From positions 310,001 through 374,000 of the forward strand of contig MU008181.1 of the NCBI GenBank assembly GCA_010909165.1: a stretch of 64,000 nt of DNA, given 5' to 3'. The DNA is from Anthoceros angustus (taxonomy: Eukaryota; Plantae; Anthocerotophyta). The notes below the pieces were generated by a model. That model saw nothing but the letters and a program-made list of their open reading frames with translations, did not search any database and had not been told where the DNA came from. Below, piece by piece: positions 59,921-64,000 of the stretch. Position 1 is the stretch's first letter; each line of letters starts with the position of its first letter. The position numbers and the translations under genes were made by a program.

Positions 59921-62900
59921 ATGGCTGTCTGGGGCTTGGCAATTGATTCAATCCAAGGGCAACTCTGCCCGTTGTGGGGACAGTTTTCGTTAATCCAACA
60001 AAGCGGCGGGACAAGAAAGCGATTGTCTGCAAGCGACGGAACCTGGAGTGCAGCCCACCCTAAGCTTTCGCCCGCCTTGCAGCAAGGGGAGCTCAAGGAG
60101 CTCCAGTACGTGAGCAACTTCCACGAACCAGACCTTGCTGCTCTCGAGACGGGTCGTGATGCCTCCAAATTCAGGAGTGCAAGTTATGATATGGTAGTAA
60201 CCGCTGAGACGGTGAGCAAGCTGTGTGAGCAAGGCTATCTCGCTAAGGCTGTGGAGGCCTTGGGAGTTCTGGTTGAGGCGGACTGTAGTGTTTCAGGTCT
60301 CTGTTTTACACAATCTTGAAGGAATGTGTTGGACAGAAGGATGTCGTTGTGGGTCGCCGAATCCATGCTTTCACAGTCAAAAGGTTACCAGGCCGACACG
60401 TTCCTGTGCAATCACATCCTGCGAATGTATGCTTCCATGGCAGGTTGCAAGACGCGATGGATGTGTTCACCATGGTTGCCTGGATGCCTTCATGTGGTCT
60501 TCCATTATATCTGCTTATGTGAAGCATGGGCAAGACAGGCAGGCCATACAACTGTACCACCGCATGCGTAGGTCAAGTGTGAAGCCAGATGGGCATGTGT
60601 TTGTGGCAGCCCTGCAGGCTTGTGCAAGGGAGGGACTTGGAATCTGGGCAGGAGGTGCATGCTCATGTGTTGGCTAGTGGTATGGAGTCTGATTTGTTCG
60701 TTTGCAGTTGCTTGGTGGACATGTATGCCAAGTGTGGCAGCGTGGAAGATGCTCGAAGAGTGTTTGATGGACTTGGTCGGAAAGATGTGGTGATCTGGAA
60801 TGCCATGATCGCTGGATATTCGCAGGGCATGGGCCATGAAGCCTCTGCCTGTTCAGGGCTATGCAAGCAGAAGGCAGCGCTGTACCTAATTCCGTCACAT
60901 TTCTGTGCCTCCTGCAGGCATGTGCAAGTGTGGGGAACCCAGCGTTGGAGGTGGGGAAGCGCCTGCATATGCGAATTAGAGAACAAGGGTGTCGATCTGA
61001 TGTGTTAGTAGCCAACAGTTTGGTGAACATGTATGCAAAGTGTGGCAGCTTGGAGGATGCGCAGAGCGTGTTTGATGGACTTGATCGAAAGGATGTTGTG
61101 AGCTGGAATGCCATCATTGCAGGATATTCGCAGCTGGGCATGGGACAGAGAGCCCTGCAGCTTTACGATGATATGCAAGAGGAAGGTGTGGTTGCACCCA
61201 ATTCTGTGACATATGTCTGCCTCCTGCAGGCCTGTGCCGGTTTGGGCAACACAGCTTTGGAGAAGGGGAGGCAGATTCATTCGCACATTACAGAACGAGG
61301 CCATGAAGTTGATTTGATTATGGCTAACAGTTTGGTGAACATGTATGCAAAGTGTGGGAGCTTGGAAGACGCTCAAAGAGTGTTTGACGAAGTTGGTCAG
61401 AAGGATGTGGTGACGTGGAATGCTTTGTTGGCAGGATATTCCCAGCAGGGTATGGGCTACAAAGCCCTTCATCTTTATAGGGATATGAAAGTTGAAGGCA
61501 TCATTGCACCCAATTCTGTGACATTTGTGTGCCTCCTGCAGGCATGTGCAAGTGTTGGAGCCCCAGCTTTAGAGATGGGAAAGCAGCTTCATACAGAAAT
61601 TGAAGAGCAGGGACCTCAGGGTGATGGGTTTGTTACAAACAGCCTGGTGAACATGTATGCGAAGTGTGGCAGCCTGGAAAATGCTCAGAGAGTGTTTGAG
61701 GGACTCGGTCAAAAAGATGTGGTGACATGGAATGCCATGCTGTCAGGATATTCTAAGCAGGGCATGGCCCAAGAAGTCATCCGTCTCTACAGTGCTATGC
61801 AAGAAGAAGGCAGAGTTAAACCTGATTCTGTGACTTTCGTGTGCCTCCTGCAGGCATGTGCAGGTTTGGGCAGCCCAGCTTTGGGCATTGGGAAACAGCT
61901 TCATTCGCAGATTAGAGAACAAGGACACCAAGGTGATGCATTTGTAGCCAACAGTTTAGTGAACATGTATGCAAAATGTGGCAGTTTGGAAGACGCTCAG
62001 ATTGTGTTTGACGGGCTCGGTGAAAAAGATGTGGTGACGTGGACTGCTATGATAGCAGGGTATTCCAAGCAGGGCATGGGGCAGGACGCCCTCCGTCTTT
62101 CCAGTGATATGCAAGCAGAAGGCATAGCTGTACCTGATTCTGTGACATTTGTGTGCCTCCTGCAAGCATGTGCGAGTCTGGGCACCCAAGCCTTGGAAGC
62201 GGGGAAGCAGCTTCATGCCCAGATTTGGGAACAAGGACATCAGGCTGATGTGTTTGTAGCCAACAGTTTGGTGAACATGTATGCAAAATGTGGCAGTTTG
62301 GAAGACGCTCAGATTGTGTTTGACGGGCTCGGTGAAAAAGATGTGGTGACGTGGACTGCTATGATAGCAGGGTATTCCAAGCAGGGCATGGGGCAGGACG
62401 CCCTCCGTCTTTCCAGTGATATGCAAGCAGAAGGCATAGCTGTACCTGATTCTGTGACATTTGTGTGCCTCCTGCAAGCATGTGCGAGTCTGGGCACCCA
62501 AGCCTTGGAAGCGGGGAAGCAGCTGCATGTTCAGATCATAGAAGGAGGGCACCAGGGTGATGTTTTTGTAGCCAACAGTTTGGTGAACATGTATGCAAAG
62601 TGTGGCAGCATGGAAGATGCCCAGAACGTGTTTGATGGTCTTAGTCACAAAGATGTGGTGACATGGAATGCCCTGATGTCAGGATATTCCCAGGAGGGCA
62701 TGGTGCAGGAAGTTCTGTGTCTTTACAGTGCTATGCAAGAAGAAGGTATATCTGTACCTGATCCCTTGACATTTGTGTGTCTCCTGCAGGCATTTGCAAG
62801 TGTGGGCAGCCCAGCTTTGGAGGACGGGAAGCAGCTTCATGCCCAGATTTGGGAACAAGGACATCAGGCTGATGTGTTTGTGGCCAACAATCTGGTGAAC

Positions 62901-63884
62901 ATGTATGCAAAGTGTGGTAGCTTGGAAGATGCTCAGAGAGTGTTCAAGGAACTTGATGAAAAAGATGTTGTGACGTGGAATGCCATAATCGCAGGATATG
63001 CACAGCAGGGCATGGGGCAGGAAGCCCTTCATCTCTTCAGTGCTATGCAAGAAGAGGGCGTGGCTGTACCTGATTCCGTGACATTTGTGTCCCTCCTTCA
63101 GGCATGTGCAAGCGTGGCAGCTTTGAGCCTTGGAAGGCAGCTACATGCACGGATTGAAGAACTAGGCCTTCAGGCCGATGTGTTTGTAGCCCGAGGTTTG
63201 ATAAACATGTACGGAAAGTCTGGGAGCATGGTTGATGCACATCAGGTTTTTGACGCATTGCCAGAAAGAGATGTCGTCTCCTGGAGTGCACTGATGGCAG
63301 GGTACACTGGTCAAGGAGACAGCAAATTGGTCTTTGAATTGATCCAGAGAATGAGTGAGGATGGTATACAGCCAGACGGCATCACATTCCTTAGTGTACT
63401 AACAGCATGCAGTCATGCGTGTCTGTTGGACAAGGGGAGGGAGTACTTTGAGGCTATGAGCAGAGACTATGGCATCACTCCTACAGTAGAGCACTACACA
63501 TGCATGGTGGATCTCCTCGGCCGTGCAGGCCAAGTGAAGGAGGCACTAGCGCTGATAAGGACGATGCCTGTACTGCCTAATGCTGCAGTATGGTATACTT
63601 TGTTAGGTTCGTGTCAAAAATGGAACAATGTGGAGGTGGGACAGTATTGTTTTGATGAAGCATTGAAGCTAAACCAGAAAGACGCTGCAGCGTATGTATT
63701 GATGTCAAACATATACACTGGTGCCCAGATGTGGGAGCAAGCACAGGTGATGCAGGTGAGGAGAAAAGGGATCAGGGCTTGGAAGGAGCCTGGTCAGAGC
63801 TGGTGGACAGACATGGAGGGATTCGTTCATAGCTTTCTGGTTGGGGATGAGAAGGATCCCAGGAGAAAAGCAAGACTGGACTAG
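59921..63884 (+). CDS. PLS-class PPR protein, E/E+ terminus, no DYW domain (PPR-3, copy C; 5' about 940 bp frameshifted as assembled, open from 60861)
   Basis: Leader ATG 59921 is homologous to the PPR-2 leader. A 1007-aa uninterrupted ORF runs 60861-63884. Ten S-type motifs in total; ends WKEPGQSWWTDMEGFVHSFLVGDEKDPRRKARLD. Confidence 0.88.
61942..62525 (+). repeat. Near-exact 312-bp (104-aa, one PLS triplet) tandem duplication within PPR-3
   Basis: Antisense ORFs 61997-62185 and 62309-62497 are identical and 312 bp apart. ANSLVNMYAKCGSLEDAQIVFDGLGEKDVVTWTAMIAGYSKQGMGQDALRLSSDMQ...LEAGKQLH occurs twice. Confidence 0.95.
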
Positions 63885-64000
63885 ATTATTTCCAAAGGTC
63901 TGCAATCGGCCAACTCTGGAGTCCCTATCGGCTGGTGTGACAAATGGAAAGCATATCAGTGGAGTCCGTATAGAAGAGTTCGTGCATTGGCTTGGTCGCA

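Noticed and set aside
63885-64000. Possible DYW domain continuing after the PPR-3 stop (and after the PPR-1 and PPR-2 stops)
   Set aside because: No HxE or CxxC deaminase motifs in the frames I read. For PPR-3 only 116 bp are visible, so a distant spliced exon cannot be excluded.

Overview
Eukaryotic land-plant genomic DNA with short GT-AG introns (mostly about 80-140 nt) and compact gene spacing. A non-seed plant, most likely a hornwort, is my inference from the PPR type and transposon content. Left part: two tandem intronless PLS-class PPR genes (1.0-6.4 kb, minus), a degenerate 5'-truncated non-LTR retrotransposon with an RT remnant and restriction-like endonuclease (CRE/R2-like, 8.7-10.5 kb), a single-pass membrane protein gene, and two BAHD acyltransferases (ASFT-like, GLAUCE-like). 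Then a modular satellite with inverted arms (20.5-23.3 kb), a MITE-like element and an 88-bp tandem repeat. Centre: a complete 21,968-bp DNA transposon (26475-48442) with TATGG-starting terminal inverted repeats and a perfect 6-bp CCTATC target-site duplication. It carries an intron-split IS3EU/GingerRoot-type DDE transposase inside a 6-kb internal tandem duplication, plus several kb of unidentified coding-like cargo. Right part: a multi-exon HRQ1-type DEAH helicase starting 346 bp after the transposon. Its 3' end and the 5' part of a third PLS-PPR gene occur three times, with complementary single-base indels. All three large duplication junctions sit on exactly 9-bp microhomologies, so an assembly or consensus artefact is a real possibility. 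No rRNA, tRNA or CRISPR array was seen.
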